This document shows positions 34,673 to 48,434 of a DNA stretch of 64,000 nucleotides, piece by piece. The notes below the pieces were generated by a model. It saw only the letters and a list, made by a program, of their open reading frames with translations. It was not told where the DNA came from and did not search any database. Source of the DNA: Macrostomum lignano (taxonomy: Eukaryota); NCBI GenBank assembly GCA_002269645.1, contig NIVC01000038.1, positions 124,001 to 188,000 on the forward strand, written 5' to 3'. The position numbers and the translations under genes are program-made. The stretch's first letter is position 1; the number at the start of each line of letters is the position of its first letter.

Positions 34673-35917
34673 TTGCCATAGTGGAGTTGCCATAGTGGGG
34701 TTGCCATAGTGGGGTTGCCATAGTGGGGTTGCCATCGTGAAGGCACCATTCCAATCCATTCGATAAGTTAAGATTAAATGGCCTTGGTTACGCACCAGTT
34801 ATGCACTAGCATTGGAAATATTTGCATTAGTCACGGATCATAGCTAGAATGCAAGGCCGATTTGCATCACCTGAATATGCAAAGTTTAGAAAAGTACAGC
34901 TTAAATAATCTACCCCAAAACAGCCAGTGTACCAAATGCTTGAGTCTCGTTTTGGTAGACAATGCAGCCACTTCGTCTCATTTCTTAATTCTTCTGCTCA
35001 GCCTTGCCACAAAAACTGTTTAGCTGGGTGGAAATTAGCTGTCAGATTGTCAAAATTCAGTACATACGAAGTTCTCCATTTTCTGTCTTTTTAAATATAT
35101 GTATTAAGAGCAGAATTTGGATAACCGTACGTGTCGCAGACAGCACTAAACTTCTCAGCTATTTATTTACTATAAATAGAAACATATCAGCGTCTTCGAT
35201 GCTGTGCTCTGCATTCTAATTCTCTAATAAAGCTTACCGAGAGTTCGAGCTGTGTACTACGAAAGCCCTAGTAAACTGCTGGAGGGGAAGCAGTCTACCA
35301 TTAATACAAAGTGCTGCTTCATCGCCAACGATATCAACACTATTTATTAGAACATTTCCGGGATTGACGTTACTGCGTGTAAGTGGCACCTGTGATTGTA
35401 CAAGATACATGCAATGCTAACTGGACCTTAATGGCTGCATATTTTTGAGAGCATGGCTTAGCATATAACTTTTCAATAGTTTTATCGCTATTTTCTATGG
35501 AACAACATTTTTTCATCGAAAGTTGCTCATAAACCGTCGGATTGTAATAACAGCACCGTCGGAGTGCTCAAACCACCTGAACACTCAAGAACAATTGATA
35601 TCTCAATTGACAATATAACAAAGTTAACATCTACGATCATCTAAACATCTACGCAAATGCGTCTTTTCACATTTAGTTCCAAGGATGTCGACGGTGTAAC
35701 GTAAAAGTACCCCCTTTTTCCATCGACGTCGACAGACCTCGGAAACGTCGGATTGCTTTACGGGGAACCGCCTATCATATTCGCACATTGCACTACGTAA
35801 TCTGTATTAAATTTGTTTTCAGTATGCAGTGTTAAGAATCGCCCGTTACGAAAACTTGCAACTGAACATATTGTTTATTTTTTAAATTTTCAGTTGACGA
35901 ATCATCTTTAACTGCCA

Positions 35918-36697
35918 ATGCCAATGTTGTCTTGGCGATTTTTGCAGCACCTGCTATTGCTGACTGTTGCATATCAGTCTGGTGCTGTATCAGTCTCTAA
36001 TGAATTGTCAGATGGTGAGCACTTTCCAAATTATGAACTCGTGTGAAAGTAAAAAAGTAAAAAAAGGAAGCTTTTCGGAGCCTTGGATAAAGCAGGGGCG
36101 GGGGGCCGTGGCCCCAGTCGTCCCCAGTAATAATGGAGCTTATCCAAAACCTAAACAAGAGACAGGGGCGCCCAACAAGAGACAGGGGCTCCCAACAAGA
36201 GACAGGGGCATCCAACAAGAGACAGAGGCACCCAACAAGAGACAGGGGCGCCCGACAAGAGACAGGGGGGCCCGACAAGAGACAGGGGCGCCAGCCAAGT
36301 CCCCAATGCAAATATTGGCGTCCCTTGGGCTTGCTTTCATCTATATCTCGAGCGAATAAATGTGCAAAAACTTTAATAGACTCCAATTTCATCAAAAAAG
36401 TTCGAATTGACAGAAACTTGTTTTAGACTAAGGTAATGATTCAGGAAATTGTAAATGTTAGACTGACTTGAGTGAGTGGGTGACTGACTGACTGACTGAC
36501 TGACTGACTGACTGACTGACTGACTGACTGACTGACTGACTGACTGACTGACTGACTGACTGACTGACTGACTGACTGACTGACTGACTGACTGACTGAC
36601 TGACTGACTGACTGACTGACTGACTGACTGACTGACTGACTGACTGACTGACTGACTGACTGACTGACTGACTGACTGACTGACTGACTGACTGACT

Positions 36698-36728
<31 letters not shown>

Positions 36729-39700
36729 ATGTCAAAACCTGATTATTTATTTGCAGGGCTCAGCGATGGCGCGGATTCGTTGGCGCGGTCGAGGCGAGCC
36801 GCCTGCAGCGAGGGCGACTGCAAGAATGGCGGCTATTGCTGGCCGGGTCCTGTGTCGGAAAGCACCCCTCCGTGTATGTGTCCTGATGCGTACACTGGTC
36901 CTTATTGCACTAACAGAATAGATGTCTGTGCTTCAACTCCCTGCCAAAACGGAGGCACCTGCAGCAACACAGACGCGAGCCCCTGGTATCGCTGCAGCTG
37001 CGTTCCCGGCTACACAGGTGGGTGACCTGCTGCAAATCGTAATTGAAATTCAAATCATTCTGAATTTATCCCGAATACGAAAATCTCCGCCAAATATTTC
37101 TTTGACAGAGATTCTTTATTAGTGATATTTTCAAGCAAAAGTAATTGATAATAACATAAAACCATACCTAAGTAAATTCCGTTCCTGAAAATAAAACACC
37201 AAAATAAAATATTAAGTTGCTTGCACCCCTATCTCTCCATTGTCTACCTCTAAAACAATATACACAATCTACCATTGTGTCACTCAGTGTTGATCTCTAC
37301 TCACAGAACCCGGCCACCATCTCACAGATCCCAGCCATCTCACAGATCCCAGCCATCTCACAGATCCCAGTCATCTCACAGATCCCAGCCATCATCTCAC
37401 AGATCCCAGCCATCATCTCACAGATCCCAGCCATCTCACAGATCCCAGCCATCATCTCACAGATCCCAGCCATCTCACAGATTCCAGCCATCTCACAGAT
37501 CCCAGCCATCTCACAGATCCCAGTCATCTCACAGATCCCAGTCATCTCACAGATCCCAGCCATCTCACAGATTCCAGCCATCTCACAGATCCCAGCCATC
37601 ATCTCACAGAACCCAACCAACCATCTTAGCAGCTCTTTCAATCTTTCAGTCTCTTATATCTACCTCGTTTTTTAGTATGAAAAGCAGTTGCTACCATTGT
37701 AAGAAGACATCAGTTGTTAACAAGAAATACAAGCCAGTCAAGCCAGAACTGCACTCCCACAGAGACAGATATACTAAAATCTCAAATTATTTTACCATAT
37801 TTTCTATTCCGTAATTTTCATTTATTCAGGCACTCACTGCGAGATCAACATTGATGACTGCGCCAGCAAGCCCTGCGCCAACGGCCTGTGCTCAGACTTG
37901 GTGCAAAACTACAGCTGCAGCTGCTTCACAGGCTGGGAGGGCAGGAACTGCTCAGTGGACACTGACTACTGCCTGTCAGGGCCCTGTCAGAACGGCGGCG
38001 TCTGCAGTGACGGAAACTCCACGTGAGTGACTCAGGGATAAGTACGCGTTTTTTTTCTTTTCTTTGAATGATGTTGCTTTTCTGATTTGTATTTTATCAG
38101 CTTGCGTGTTTGTGCTCGTAGCTAAGTGTTTGCGGTCCCTTTATAAACAAATACTCGTAATTAATGAAGGAACATTCATTTTCGAGCGCTTCAATCGCAG
38201 TTTTAAGCGCTATCGGGCTCAGAGGGTGATTGGGAGTGCGGTGTTAGCCTCCGGCAGACCCAGAGTCTGGGTTTGAGACGGGCTGAGAGAAAATAGATAA
38301 AAACAAAACTCCTTGACGGAGAGTCGCTTTCACAAGACCAAAATTTCGCAACGCCGAAAGGCGCCGAAAACTATTGTAAGGTCCTTTATAAGACCGAAAC
38401 TTCTTAAAACCGAAATTTCACATCATAGTAAACTCAATATAACAAGGATCATGCAGAATATTCGGTGTAATGAAATTTCGGTCTTGTGAAGTGAAATGGA
38501 TGAGAGGCGAATCACGTGAGACTTACTTCAAGCAACTGACGTCAATTCCTTGTCTAAAAAGGATCAGAGTGCCGTAGCACGTGACCTCAACCATAAACAC
38601 GGGCCAAACAGTGCAGTAAGGCAGCAAGACTTGTCATGGGACAAAGTTAGATGGCAAGGGAAAGGCGAGCCACAAGTGAAACCACGAGTGAGCGCCTGAA
38701 AGGAGCGAACAAAAAGCAGGCCACGGCAATGAAGACCAGTGGCTGCAAACAGAGAGCAATGAACAATCGGGGCGGGCAGGGAGCAGACAGCACGACGCTG
38801 GGGAGGCGGGGCAAGACTGCACACAAGCGCCACATGGCGGGCAAACCAAAATGGGAGCTGTGCGCTGCCCACTAAACTGCAAAACCTAACAGTTAATCTA
38901 GTGGCTCACTACAAAATAAACTTCGATTCTTCACTTTACGAGTAAATAATGATATATATTTTTCATGCAAAAAACACAGGTTTAGTTGCGACTGCTCTCG
39001 CGTCGACTACCAAGGCGCAATCTGCAGCTCCAAGATCGATGACTGCGCGTCAAGTCCGTGCAAGCACGGCGGCAGGTGCATCGACGGTGTCAGAAACTAC
39101 ACCTGCGACTGCTCTGCCACCGACTTCTACGGACCGAACTGCCAGAGCCGCATTGACGACTGCGCCAGCAACCCGTGCAGCCACAACGCCACCTGCATTG
39201 ACGGGCACAGAGACTTCAGCTGCAGCTGCTTCAGCGGCTACTCGGGAAAGACCTGCTCAGTTGACGTGCCGGACTGCTCGCCGAATCCGTGCCAGTTCGG
39301 TGGCGCCTGTCTGGAGCGCAGCAACCAGGCTCTGTATGGAAACTCTCCGCTGCCAGCGCCGTTCAACGGCAGCTTCAGCTACGCGCTGGCTGCCGGGTTC
39401 GTCTGCCTCTGCCCACATGGTGAGGAGGTCGTGTACATCATAGTTACTGTGCAGATTCCAATCTAAAATAATTTTTATCTGACTGCTACAGGTACCTACG
39501 GAGACAACTGCTCCATCAACCCGAACGACTGTCTGGATCCGGCCACCAACCGCAGCGTGTGCGCTCACGCGTCGAGCTGCACGGACGGCCTGGCCTCATT
39601 CACCTGCCACTGCCTGCCCGGCTACGAGGGCCCGACCTGCTCAGTCGACATCAACGAGTGCGAGCGGTTCGGACAGCCGTGTCAGAACGGAGCCGTCTGC

Positions 39701-42700
39701 AAGGACCTGGTAGCGGATTATGCCTGCACCGGCTGCCCCGCTGACTTCGGCGGCAAAAACTGCAGCGTCAGACTGACTGGCTGCGACTCCAGCCCGTGCC
39801 ACATTAATGCTACTTGCGAACCTCTGCTTCTTCAGGAACTGCCATCACCTGCTCACGGACATCGCTGCACCTGCAAGCCTGGCTGGTCTGGACCGCAGTG
39901 CAACGAGACCACTCTGGCGTCATTCAACGGGACGTCCAGTTTCAGCGCCAATTTTAACACAACAGCTGACTGCACCTTCGAGCTGTCGTTCCGCACGACT
40001 CTCGCCCACTTCGATCTGGTCCGGCTCTCGTCTCACTGGGGAGCCATCCAAGTCGGCGCTCACAACTCCAGTCTCGTGCTGTTGTTCGTCAATGCCTCAT
40101 CGTCTGTGATTGGTCGAATCGCTTGGCCAATCAGTGACAGCTTGGCTTCTACTGATTGGCTGACGCTGTCGGTCTCGCTGACCAATGGCAGAGCGACATT
40201 GAGTCGCAGTGAGTCAGGAGTGAGTCAGATGCCTGGAGCACAGCTGGTCGACGGACTGTCGGACTCATTCAAGCCGAACAGCCGAATGTCGGTTCGTGTC
40301 GGCGGCGAGAGCGGATCCGACATCGACGGCATGGACGGCAGCGGCTTCCGTGGCTGCGTGAGAGACCTGCGGCTCGTGACGGACGATTCGATGATCGTCG
40401 CTACGGAGACCACGACAGAGTCGAGCAACGCGACCTGGGGAGTCTGCAGTCGGTCGGTGCAGTGCGGCAGCCCGTCGCCTTGTGAAGCAAAGACGAGCTC
40501 GATGTGCTCAGATGTGTGGAATGACTTTGTGTGCCACTGCGCTGCGGACTTCGGAGGCCGGCGCTGCTCCGTTGAGCTTCCATCGTTCTCACTGGGTGTG
40601 GGCGGCAGCGTTTCATCAGCGATCTTCGCGTCTGCAGCAGGTGTGTCAAGTGTGTATGGCGGAGACTCGTGGACGATTGAGCTGAGGCTGGTGACTTTGT
40701 CTCGAGGAGCGTTTCTGCTGCTGCTGGGCGACCCGAGCGACTCAGCGACCACTCCGAGACTGCTCGCTACGGTCAGTGTCATTGTGGTACTCCTCTGTAG
40801 ACGTTCAAGGTGTTTAACGTCAGTTTTTGCTTTATATCTTTTCAGATCGATCACGGTGGTCGTATGTCCGCCCAGTTACTGCACGGCAATGGCTCCCTCA
40901 TCGCAGCGCTGACGTCCTCAGACTCGGTGGCCACCGGCAGCTTCGTCTCCGTGAAGATCTCCGTGTCGATATCGGGTCGCTCGCTGTCGCTGTCAGTGTC
41001 ATCTTCAGTCAGGTCGGCATCGCTGAGCAGTGCGAGTCCGCTGCCGCAGCTGTCAGGCCAGCTCATCATCGGCGGCTTCAGCGGTCTTCGAGGAGCTCCG
41101 GCTCCGTCGCCCGATTCCACCGGCCGGGGCGCTTCGAGAACAAAGAGATCGGCAGATGTCTCGCTGTCCAGAGTTGCTTCAGCAGCAGGAAATGTCACTG
41201 CGTTTCGGGGCTCGCTGAGGTCAATCAAGGTGAACGGTGACACTCCACTGATTCTGGTTGCTGGGAGTGACGGCTTCGAGGGCCTCACAGGTGCCGTGGT
41301 AGCCAGCGAGTCGACAGAGATTGTCCCAGGCATTTTCAACAATACCGTGTGCGAAGATTTTCGACCTTGTAGAAATGGTGCGACCTGCACTAACGGGCTC
41401 TACTATTCGTACCGGTGAGTTTATTGTCAATGTCTATAGTTAAACACTTCTGCTGCAGTCCATGGCTAATCTGCTTTGATACCAGCGGATGCCTCAATTT
41501 CAGCTGCGTTTGCCACCCGGGCTACTCGGGCGAGGACTGCTCCGTCGACCATCCTGACTGCAGCTCGAATCCGTGCGGCGCCGACTCGTTCTGTCTGGAG
41601 CGAAGCATTGAAGCTTTGTACAGCAATGCGTCCAGCCTGGCGCCGTTCAACGGCTCCTTCAGCTACTCGAAGGCTGCCGGCTTTGAGTGCGTGCGCATGA
41701 TGGCACCGACTGAGACTGCCGCCAGTAGTGAGGCTGTCACCAGTAAGTAGTGAGGCTGCTGCCAGTAAGTAGTGAGGCTGCCGCCAGTAAGTAGTGAGGC
41801 TGTCGCTAGTAAGTAGTGAGGCTGCCGCCAGTAAGTAGTGAGGCTGCCGCCAGTAAGTAGTGAGGCTGCCGCCAGTAAGTAGTGAGGCTGCCGCCAGTAA
41901 GTAGTGAGGCTGCCGCCAGTAAGTAGTGAGGCTGTCGCTAGTAAGTAGTGAGGCTGTCGCTAGTAAGTAGTGAGGCTGTCGCCAGTAAGTAGTGAGGCTG
42001 CTGCCAGTAAGTAGTGAGGCTGCCGCCAGTAAGTAGTGAGGCTGCTGCCAGTAAGTAGTGAGGCTGCCGCCAGTAAGTAGTGAGGCTGCCGCCAGTAAGT
42101 ACTGAGACTGCCGCCAGTAAGTAGTGAGGCTGCCTCTGTCTTTGAGGAGTGAAGTACAGTCAGAGCAATCGAATTTCAGTAACATCTGCTCGATTTGGTC
42201 AACAAAATAGTCATTCACTTAAAGTGAATATCCGCAGTTTATTGCCTGCTAGCCACTGACAAAAAACCATTGCGCCTTGTATCCTAAACTTTCATCAGAC
42301 AATGAAAGATGTTTCAAAAACTATTGTAATCTGAAAAAACTTAGCTATATTTTTGGCTCGATGTTAAAGATCCGTTTCAATGTTTAAGAGGCCTAGTAAA
42401 GAGGTCTCGTAAATGCAGATTTGTTCGAGTTTCGAATTTCGAATTAGAAAAAAGGGCCAAGCACCATGGCAAAAACACCTTGCAACGTTGCTCGTACTTC
42501 AAAAGTCTCATTCAATTGAACCCATTACCTATTAAAGGTGGCTTTTTTCCCACCTGGGCCATTTCTTTGGCAACCTTCATATTTGGAGTTCTTCTGTCAG
42601 TTTCCGTGTTTCTCCTGCTGCTCAACCTGCATCGGAACGTGAGTCCCTGCTCGGCCAGTTCCTTCAACAAATCCTATATACTATATGTCTAATTGTCATC

Positions 42701-43618
42701 ATAAATATGAATTTCAGGGCAAACTGTCACTTGGATATTTCGAGAGACAGGTAATCCGTCAATTATTAAAGGAACGGTGCCAATTATTGTATATTTACTG
42801 ATTAAATCCTGTTGCTTCACCATTAAGGCCCCTGTTATGGAAAATGTGAAACGAAGAAGTGCAGCGAAGGTTTTGAGCGATCTGAAAAACCGACTGAGTT
42901 CGCGAAATGAGCACAACTACCTGACATCTGACAAGCATTCGGTAAGGCCTCTGTTCACATGCAGTCATGCTGATAGGGCCTCATCTCTGCTGTCTCATAG
43001 AAAGAGCTTTTGTATTAAAAAAGGTTTTATTTGCAAACTCTATTTTAACTCGTATAATTTAAAACTAATCTAGTAAAAAAATAACTCCAAACAGTTATAA
43101 TGCTGTTGGTTTTGAAACGGAAAGCGAAATTAACAAACTAGGTGAACTTTTGATAGATACTGCATAGATGGCTAGAAAGTTAGATAGATACATACTCATG
43201 GATAGATACGTTTGCTATAAATAGACAATGTATTGATATTATGTTTTCTTAACTCTAATTAGTAATAAATGCTGTAATAAATTTTCAGCAAATCTCTACC
43301 GTCGAAAGATACGAAATGGCTCCATACGATGTGATCAACGATGCGGAGACAAAGCCAGATGAAGTCTCTCCTGAGCAGGTTTGCTTCTAGCAATTGATTT
43401 GTTTGCCTACCAGAAAGAGTTGCGCTGAGCAAACTGTGAGCAGCAATTCCTGCTTCAACCCGCTGTAGGAAGTCGAACCTGCGGCCGGCTCCAATCGGTT
43501 CAACAGCGAGCTGTCATCAGCCTACGATGTGATCCCGGACCTGACAGCGGGCCAGAAGCAGCAGAGGCAGAAAGCTGATCAGCAGCTCAACAATTATCAA
43601 CCGGATGAGTACTGCTGA
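35918..43618 (+). CDS. Copy C receptor, predicted intact, 1188 aa, 10 N-terminal EGF. Exons 35918-36014 (signal type A), 36757-37017, 37830-38022, 38980-39419, 39492-40771, 40846-41414, 41504-41742, 42538-42638 (TM), 42718-42750, 42828-42941, 43289-43378, 43469-43618
   Basis: Signal peptide MPMLSWRFLQHLLLLTVAYQSGA; phases compatible; exons sum to 3567 nt; tail ends ...SAYDVIPDLTAGQKQQRQKADQQLNNYQPDEYC*. Confidence 0.85.
36150..36295 (+). repeat. 20-bp minisatellite (AACAAGAGACAGGGGCGCCC)n in intron 1 of copy C
   Basis: Visible; paralogous array at 47520-47718. Confidence 0.93.
36462..36728 (+). repeat. (TGAC)n microsatellite
   Basis: Visible. Confidence 0.98.
37305..37620 (+). repeat. 18/21-bp minisatellite (CCCAGCCATCTCACAGAT)n in intron 2 of copy C, related to 19030-20395
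   Basis: Visible; same intron position as in copies B and D (50735-50870). Confidence 0.93.
41713..42135 (+). repeat. 22-bp splice-donor minisatellite of copy C, ~19 units
   Basis: Same unit as in the other copies. Confidence 0.97.
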
Positions 43619-45095
43619 CTGTTGAGCAGCTGAGCTGCTGAGAGTCAGCTGCCAAATTTGATGTTGTTGCGGCATTACTGTTATATGTTTGCAACCAGTT
43701 AACTTTTCACCATTTTCTATGGTTTCATGTTTTGGTAAAGTTTTTTGGTAACAACGTACGAGCCAACACTTACTACGTCCGGTTGCTAGCAAAAAACTTT
43801 GTTTATTCTCATTCCAAGCTAGTGTTGTTACTGATATGGTACATGTAGCCCGTAGGGCCTCTTCCGTGGCCTCAATACTCTTTGCGATCCCTTTATTTTA
43901 TTTAATCGCACTGTTTCGCTTCCGTTGCTGCCTTATTTTCGCCCTCCTGTTCTGCTCACCTCTCCAAATATTTATTGAAACTTTAACCCTTCAGCGCGAT
44001 CGTATTTTGGGTCTCTAATGCAGATAAAAGGCCAAATATAATTGTTCATTTTAGTTTAAATGGCAATTCTGCATAGGATGGGCCTTGAGTTGATGAAATC
44101 AATAATGAAAGCAAATTTGCAGAGCATAGCATATTTAAACAGACATAAACTAATCTCTAATGCATGGCATGCTGTGAGAGTGTAAATATTTTTGTTCTAT
44201 AAATAGCATACTTGACAGAAAATTGTTTTCTGAGTGCAAAACAGGAAGACTCGGTGTCTAAGACTTGGTATAAACACAGTCGCATGCTTCTCAATGCATG
44301 CTTTCGGTATATCTCTCACTGCTGCCCAAAAATGGACCTACTGTATTTACGAATTAAAGCTTCAAAGAGGAAAATAATTCAATTTTGTGACAAGCATTGC
44401 AGATCTTCAGAAGGAAATGCCGCTGTAATTAATAAACATTTTATGTATAGCTTTTTTTTGTCCTGTGTATCCTGTTTCAATACGAGTTCTTTGAAGTTTA
44501 TTGTAGTTTGCCGAAATTTCTAGTAAATATCGCATCAGTCTGCGAGCGTAGCTTTAAAAGTGTTAATGCCAGAATTGAAACTATTGGTGAAAATTATGCA
44601 AGTCCTTATATGCTTGTATAAATATCACGGTTAGTTTTGGGTCGTCATTGCAACAAGTGCAACGAGAAGCCGACTGATGTGCTGCACTGCTGTTTTCGAC
44701 GGCTGCGTCACAAAATGACATACACTGCTGTATTTGAAAACAGTACTAATGCAACAGAAACAGCATTGGAACAGATAAACGTAGATGAGGGAAGGGCAAA
44801 CAAGGGGGCACCATATCAACGTCGCAAATCCCCTTTCTTCAGGTACTCTCGATTTGGCCTTTAAAACAGGGAAACATGAGCAGCGTTCATTGGAGCTTTG
44901 GTTGGCGAATGCTGTGCAGCAGGGCCATAAACTGCCGCTCCGACTGCTGCATGACGGCCTGCTCTGACTGAAATGGCGTCTATCCCTGCCAGTCTCCTCC
45001 GCGCCAGGATGCTGATCGCTTTGCACAGAAACGTCACAAAGGTGCCTCAAAGGTGCTGGCGGTAGACGATCCACGGGTTCCAGACCAGAAGCAGC

Positions 45096-45590
45096 ATGGG
45101 ATGGCTTGGGGGATGGGTTGAGGGATGGCTTGAAGGATGGGTTGAGAGATGGCTTGGGGGATGGGTTGAGGGGGCTTGGGGGATGGGTTGAGGGATGGCT
45201 TGGGGGATGGGTTGAGGGGGCTTGGGGGATGGGTTGAGGGATGGCTTGGGGGATGGGTTGAGGGATGGCTTGGGGGATGCATGGGTTGAGGGATCGGTTG
45301 AGGGATGGGTTGAGGGATGGGTGGAGGGATGGGTTGGGGGATGAGTTGAGGGATGGGTTGGTGGGGTTGGGGGACGGGTTGTGGGATGGCTTGTAGTATA
45401 AGTTGTGGGATGGGTTGGGGGATGGGTTGGGGGATGGGTTGGGGAATGGCTTGTAGCATAGGTTGTGGGATGGGTTGTGGGATGGGTTGTGGGATGGGTT
45501 GTGGGATGGGTTGTGGGATGGGTTGTGGGATGGGTTGTGGGATGGGTTGTGGGATGGGTTGTGGGATGGGTTGGGGGATGGGTTGGGGCA
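45096..45590 (+). repeat. G-rich 12-bp minisatellite (GGGATGGGTTG[T/G/A])n
   Basis: Visible; flanks paralogous to 12722-13020. Confidence 0.95.
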
Positions 45591-47306
45591 CGCCGCGTAA
45601 CGAGCGTACATGTATGTGGCCAGGATTTTTTATTGAACACGTCAAGTGGAGGCACCATCGTAGGGGCGCCTCTTCAGTCCATTCCAGGGGTGCTCAGGTT
45701 AAAATATAATTGTTAAGCACAAGTTATACCGGTATATTTTGGTTGTTTTAGTCAAGGATCGAAGCTGGAACGCAAAGCCAATATGCATTACCTGAATAAG
45801 CAAAGTTCAGAGCATAGTCTCAATCCTCTGCCCTGAAACAGCCAGTGCATCAAATGCTGTTTTGAGTCTCGGTAGACTCATCTGCCCAGGCACATAGTTT
45901 TGCAACCATTTAATTTCGTGCTTATTTTTTCTGCACGGCCTTATCACAGAAACAATGACAGGGTAGAAATTAGCTATCAGATTATCAACACTCAGTGCAT
46001 ACGAAGTTCTCCAGTTTCTGTCTTCTTAATTATTAAGAGCATTAGTTGGATAACTGTGTCGCAGACAGCACTATAAATGCATGCCCATTTATTTGTTATA
46101 AATAGAAACATCAGCATCTGCGATGCTATGCTTTGCCTTCTAATTCTCTATTGTTCTAAATAACGAGGTCGAGCTGTGTACATCGAAACTTCTTTTTTAT
46201 ACATACATCTTGTTAACTTCTGGAACGAAAGTGGTCTGTCGTTACTAATACCCTGCATAAAATCTAGTGCTTCATCGCCATTGACATTGCTGTCTGTAAG
46301 TTGCACCTGTAATCCTGCAGAATGCATGCATGCTTGTTGCTTATTTACAGTTTTATTGATATTTTTTCCATCGAAAATATCCTTTGAAAGTTGAACAGCT
46401 TGAAATGAGAGAGCCTTCACACCCACACACTCACAGCTTAAACCTAAACACTCTTAGAACATGGGTATCCGGCCCTCGGGGCCTTTGAATATCCACAATA
46501 GCAATCCGGCCCACTCAATGTCTGTCTCTTATCAGCTCTCTTCGCTCTAGTCTCCTCTCTCATCTCTCTGTTCACTCCTATCTCTCACAAGACCCTTAAT
46601 CCCTCATCTCATTCTCCCATCTCCGCTGCCCTATTTTTCCTAATTCTCTGCTCTCTTCTCCCCTTTTTATTCTCTTCTTTCTCCTCTTTTCTACTTCTCC
46701 TCTCCCTTCTCTCATTCTCTCCTCTTTGATTCCATCCCTCTTTTTCTCTCGTCTCCTCTATTCTCATTTATTATCTCACCCCCTGTCTCCAATCTTTCTT
46801 CTCTCTTCCCTCTCCTCTGTACTCTCCTCTGGCCCACAGCCATGCGCTAGATTCTCCAACTGGCCCTCGAGTTACAAAAGTTTGCCAAAGCCCGCTCAAG
46901 AACATGCACATCTCAGCACTTTAACAATCTAATGATGTTTACATCGACGATTTCTTGATGCCCAGAACCCATATGGCAGCTGGAAACTTTCGACGTCGGA
47001 GTACTTGACGTCGATAAGACATCGCTAGCAGATTTGGTATTTTTACATTTAGGTCGAAGGGTGTCGACAGTGAATCGTAAGAGTACCGCCGCCCCCATTT
47101 TCCAGCGAGGTTGACGGACCTCGGAAACTTGGGATTGCTGGACGGTCAACCGTATCACCTTCGTATATTGAACTGTCTTGCATATTAAATTCGTACTCAG
47201 TGTACGGCATTACGAATCGTTCGTTACGCAAACTTGCAACTAGCTAAACATATTTTTTTTTATAATTTTCAGCTGACGCATCATCATAAACTCAATATCG
47301 CTTTCA

Positions 47307-47402
47307 ATGCTGTCTTGGCGCTTTTTGCAGTACCTGACAGTGCAGTGCTGACAGTTGCATATCAGTCTGGTGCTGCATCAGTGTCGAATGGATTGTCTGA
47401 TG
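47307..47402 (+). pseudogene. Disabled type-A signal-peptide exon upstream of copy D (5-bp CAGTG duplication)
   Basis: Homologous to 35924-36014 (91 nt) but 96 nt long; reads MLSWRFLQYLTVQC*; same ATG/GTGAGC donor. Confidence 0.8.
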
Positions 47403-47519
47403 GTGAGCAATTTGCATCAATTTGCATTTGCTCCAGTAATAATGGAGCTTATCCAAAACCTAAATATGAGCTCAACTTTTGCTACGAGTGTTTTTCAGAC
47501 GTGGCATTCTAGGAGACAG

Positions 47520-47718
47520 CGACAGGGATAGGGGCGCCAAAAAAGAGTCAGTGGCGCCAAACAAGAGACAGGGCGCCAACAAGAAATAGGGGCGTCAATC
47601 AGCCAGAGGCGCCCAACAAGAGACAGGGGCGCCCAACAAGAGATAGTGGCGCCCGACAAGAGACAGGGGTGCCCAACAAGAGACAGTGGCGCACAACAAG
47701 AGACAGGGGGCGCCCACC
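47520..47718 (+). repeat. 20-bp minisatellite (AACAAGAGACAGGGGCGCCC)n
   Basis: Visible. Confidence 0.9.
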
Positions 47719-47939
47719 AAGTCACCAAATGTTGGCGTCCCTTAAGGTTGCTTCCATGAAGATCTCAAACGAAATTAATGTGCGAGAGACTTTCAAAAAC
47801 TCGAATTTCATTAGAGGTCAAATTTAACTAGTAGTACAAAAACTAGTTTCTGTGAATTAGAGATAGAACTAGACGATTTAACTGCGTTACGCGAAGCGAA
47901 AAGACTAAAATCCTAGCAGTAGAATCCCAAAGTGACTCA

Positions 47940-48165
47940 CTTAAGTGAGTGAGTGAGTGACTAACTGACTGACTGACTGACTGACTGACTGACTGACTGA
48001 GACTGACTGACTGACTGACTGACTGACTGACTGACTGACTGACTGACTGACTGACTGACTGACTGACTGACTGACTGACTGACTGACTGACTGACTGACT
48101 GACTGACTGACTGACTGACTGACTGACTTGAGTGAGTGGGTGACTGACTGACTGACTGACTGACT
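47940..48165 (+). repeat. (TGAC)n microsatellite, paralogous to 36462-36728
   Basis: Visible. Confidence 0.97.
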
Positions 48166-48434
48166 GAGATCTCTAAAGGACCTCCACTTTTCAGTACCTC
48201 TGCCGCAGCAATCGGATTTTGGCTCTCTAGTCGAATTCCTGTCGAAGTGGAACTTTAATTACATGCTATTTTTATTTACATCAATAAAAAACATTTTCAC
48301 AGCTCGCAAGTGAGAAAACGGGACCTGTGTCCTGCACTCCTAAAATGCAATAGTCAGGCTGGTTACTATGGTAACATATTGCATAATCGCGCCTTTTTCA
48401 AATAATACAATTTCAATCAATTTTAACTATTCAG

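Noticed and set aside
33140-34795. Long minus-strand ORFs (268-431 aa)
   Set aside because: All three frames are open because of the stop-free 23-bp repeat
38205-38500. tRNA-derived SINE head (~38215-38285) and MITE-like inverted AGACCGAAATTTC motifs (38329-38500)
   Set aside because: Only partial A/B-box resemblance; no cloverleaf, TSD or termini could be defined by eye
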